NCBI GenBank assembly: GCA_965220835.1
Contig: OZ244842.1
Location: 3,495,611 to 3,559,610 of the forward strand
Length of the DNA stretch: 64,000 bases
Direction: 5' to 3'
Source: Candidatus Azophilus sp.
Lineage (GTDB): Bacteria > Pseudomonadota > Gammaproteobacteria > Pseudomonadales > Azotimanducaceae
The notes beneath the pieces were generated by a model. That model was not told where the DNA came from. It did not search any database and saw only the letters and a list, made by a program, of their open reading frames with translations. Below, piece after piece: positions 62,161 through 64,000 of this stretch (positions within the stretch are counted from its first letter, which is position 1; every line of letters starts with the position of its first letter). Position numbers and translations under genes: made by a program.

Positions 62161-63447
62161 CTACAGATCGTAGCCCCGCTCGTTGTGCATCACCAAGTCG
62201 AGGCCTTGCTGCTCGTCCTCCTCCGTGACCCGGTTGCCAAGCAGGACGCCGGTGATCTTGAGAATGACGAAGGTGGCCAGCGCCGTGTAGGCCAAGGTGG
62301 CGACCACGCCGATGGCTTGCACGCCGAGTTGCGAGCCCATGGTGGCGCCCTCGGTGCTGTAGCCCTGGCCACTGAAGATGCCGATGGAGGTGCTGGCGAA
62401 CACCGCGGTCAGCAGGGTGCCAAGCACACCGCCAACGCCGTGCACCGGGAAGACGTCCAGGGAATCGTCGATCTTCAAGGAGCGCTTGATGTAGTTGGTG
62501 GCCAGGAAGCAGATGAAGCCAGCGGCGATGCCGATGATGAGCGCGCCCGCCGGGCCGACGAATCCGGAGGCGGGAGTGATGGTGCCGAGGCCCGCCACCA
62601 TGCCGGTGACGGCGCCGAGCGCGCTCGGCTTGCCGAACCGGACCCACTCGCACACCATCCAGGTGAAGGCCCCGGCGGAGGCCGACAGGTGGGTGACCAG
62701 CATGGCCATGGCGGCATCGCCATTGGCCGCCAGTGCGCTGCCGCCGTTGAAGCCAAACCAGCCCACCCAGAGCATGCCCGCACCAGCCATGGTGAGGGTC
62801 ATGTTGTGGGGTGGCATGGCCTGGGTGGGAAAGCCGCGCCGATTGCCCAGCACCATGGCGGCCACGATGGCGGCGGTGCCGGCCGTGATGTGCACCACGG
62901 TGCCGCCGGCGAAGTCCATCAGGCCCATGTCGCCGAGCCAGCCGCCACCCCACACCCAGTGGCAGATGGGCGCGTAAACCAGCAGCAGCCAAAGGGCGCT
63001 GAACAGCAGCATTGAGGAAAAGCGCATGCGCTCCGCAAAGCCGCCGACAATCAGCGCCGGGGTGATGATGGCGAAGGTGAGCTGGAACAGGGCGAAGGAG
63101 GATTCCGGTATGGCGCCGCTCATGGCGTCCTCGCGGACGCCGGCGAAGAACACCTTGCCCAAGCCGCCGACCCAGGCGTTGCCATCGGCAAAGGCAAGGC
63201 TGTAGGCGGCGATGAGCCACAGAATCGAGACCATGCACGTGATGGTGAAGCACTGCATCAGCACGCTGAGCACGTTTCTGGTGCGCACCAAGCCAGAGTA
63301 AAACAACGAAAGCCCGGGTATGGTCATGAACAACACCAAGGCCGCAGAGGTCAAAATCCACGCCGTGTCGCCCTTATCCAGCCCTTCATTGGCCCAAACG
63401 GGCATTGCCAAAAGGCCTAAGCCCAAGGCCACTGTCCAACGCATCAT
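62161..63447 (-). CDS. amtB: ammonium transporter
   Basis: ORF 62161..63597, with the start at ATG-ATG 63447 (signal peptide MMRWTVALGLGLLAMPVWA). Amt signatures DFAGGTVVHITAG, VHGVGGVLGTLLT and WVGWFGFNGGSA. Confidence 0.9.
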   Translation of the reverse strand: MMRWTVALGLGLLAMPVWANEGLDKGDTAWILTSAALVLFMTIPGLSLFYSGLVRTRNVLSVLMQCFTITCMVSILWLIAAYSLAFADGNAWVGGLGKVFFAGVREDAMSGAIPESSFALFQLTFAIITPALIVGGFAERMRFSSMLLFSALWLLLVYAPICHWVWGGGWLGDMGLMDFAGGTVVHITAGTAAIVAAMVLGNRRGFPTQAMPPHNMTLTMAGAGMLWVGWFGFNGGSALAANGDAAMAMLVTHLSASAGAFTWMVCEWVRFGKPSALGAVTGMVAGLGTITPASGFVGPAGALIIGIAAGFICFLATNYIKRSLKIDDSLDVFPVHGVGGVLGTLLTAVFASTSIGIFSGQGYSTEGATMGSQLGVQAIGVVATLAYTALATFVILKITGVLLGNRVTEEDEQQGLDLVMHNERGYDL

Positions 63448-63664
63448 GTTCGTTTCACTCCCCTTGAAGATTGTGTCCCCACACTCCTGGCAGCTATTGA
63501 CGAAGCGCCGGAGCGGCGATTCGGAAAGACTACTTGAAGGCGATGCACCATTCCAGCGCACGTGCGCCTTTGGCGCAAGTTCGAGTGGCTTCACCACTTG
63601 GCGCCCTTTGCCAAGGACCCCCTCTGACCAGTTTGTGAACCCCGCAGCACGCTCACGGCCGTCT

Positions 63665-63698
63665 CGACCGCTAGGTCGCGCTTTCGCTCACGCGAAAC
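63665..63698. repeat. REP-like palindrome pair (CGACC-GCTA-GGTCG, then TTTCGC-TCAC-GCGAAA)
   Basis: Read directly. The arms match modules H2 and H3 of the 48.5-kb element. Confidence 0.65.
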
Positions 63699-63758
63699 TC
63701 CGCTGCCTTTGGCTGGGGTGGATTTCGACGAGTCTTTTGGAAGCAAACGGCGCTGGGC

Positions 63759-64000
63759 CTATGGCACGCCCTCCGGAGGAGGTGGCATTTTGATTTCCAG
63801 CGGCGGGCAGCCTGGTGGTTGGGGTTGGGGTTCCCGGGGCGTGATCTGGCCGACCAGCTCGAGAAAGACGCCATCCGGGTCGATGGCATGGACGATGCCG
63901 GTCTCGTCCCGCCCGGTGCCGGAGCAGCAGGGCGCAATCTCCGAAAGGAAGGGCACTCCCTGGGCCTGCAACAGGCGCACGGCCCGGTCCAAGTCCGGCA
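63759..64000 (-). CDS. VOC/glyoxalase-like protein, C-terminal part only (5' end outside window)
   Basis: The frame of ORF 63759..63992 stays open to the window edge. It has GIVHAIDPDGVFLELV typical of the last VOC beta-strands, followed by a Pro-rich tail. Confidence 0.45.
   Translation of the reverse strand, partial: PDLDRAVRLLQAQGVPFLSEIAPCCSGTGRDETGIVHAIDPDGVFLELVGQITPREPQPQPPGCPPLEIKMPPPPEGVP

Noticed and set aside
61628-63361. 577-aa ORF on the minus strand
   Set aside because: The first 400 or so residues are an off-frame reading of the amtB gene, with the Arg/Gly/His/Pro-rich composition typical of GC-rich off-frames. Only the last 170 aa (61628-62140) look like a real protein.
63448-63758. 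Sigma54 (-24/-12) promoter for amtB
   Set aside because: The only TGGCA-like strings are CTGGCAGCTATTGACG on the wrong strand with wrong spacing, and TGGCAAAGGGCGCC without TTGC. Neither fits TGGCAC-N5-TTGC.
1-64000. tRNA, rRNA, transposase or prophage content
   Set aside because: I looked for T-loop GGTTCGAATCC-like strings, rRNA-like conserved blocks, and DDE or tyrosine-recombinase motifs in the ORF track. None were found.

Overview
64-kb GC-rich segment (clearly above 60% GC by eye, not computed) from the chromosome of a Gram-negative bacterium. It is probably a gammaproteobacterium of the marine type, but that is inference from gene content only: two TonB-dependent receptors, Slt70, a DUF3604 cluster, and Tat/Sec/lipoprotein signals. 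I can support about 50 protein-coding genes and one frameshifted pseudogene. I found no rRNA, tRNA, CRISPR, integrase or transposase. Coding content is housekeeping genes (topA, serA, mnmC, ddl, amtB, slt, tatD), several small CoA-ester/catabolic clusters, transporters, and an 8-kb copper block (TonB receptor, P1B-ATPase, HMA chaperone, small membrane ORF, multicopper oxidase, CopB). All family names come from motif recognition by eye; no searches were run. Start codons are often GTG/TTG and several are uncertain. Unexplained or possibly new items: (1) A CopZ-like HMA domain is fused to a duplicated metallothionein-like CxCxxCxCDPCxC tail (28847-29179). (2) The 738-bp convergent gap 42084-42821 is filled stop-to-stop by two arrays of 45-bp units carrying the palindrome GCGAGGGG-N4-CCCCTCGC, around a 31-bp-arm inverted repeat. 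A solo half-copy at 52405-52445 has its C-run expanded to 16 C. (3) A 12-copy GAGCTGCCCAAA array with 14-bp then 20-21-bp spacing lies upstream of an MFS gene (44155-44360). (4) Next to it is an orphan transcription unit with a consensus -35, a 17-bp spacer and a strong intrinsic terminator, about 220 nt with no convincing ORF (44354-44612). (5) Two tandem copies of a multi-hairpin element of about 125-160 bp lie between topA and an alanine/glycine symporter (48537-48844), and its hairpin modules recur in three other intergenic regions. (6) A visibly lower-GC gene for a PD-(D/E)xK-like small protein converges on a DUF1643 gene between ddl and amtB. (7) Four 19-bp tandem repeats, each carrying TTACCG-N5-CGGTAA, start inside the 3' end of an internally duplicated lipoprotein gene. 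I cannot tell from sequence alone which of these, if any, is a genuinely new system. The HMA-metallothionein fusion and the non-coding arrays around the MFS gene are my best candidates.
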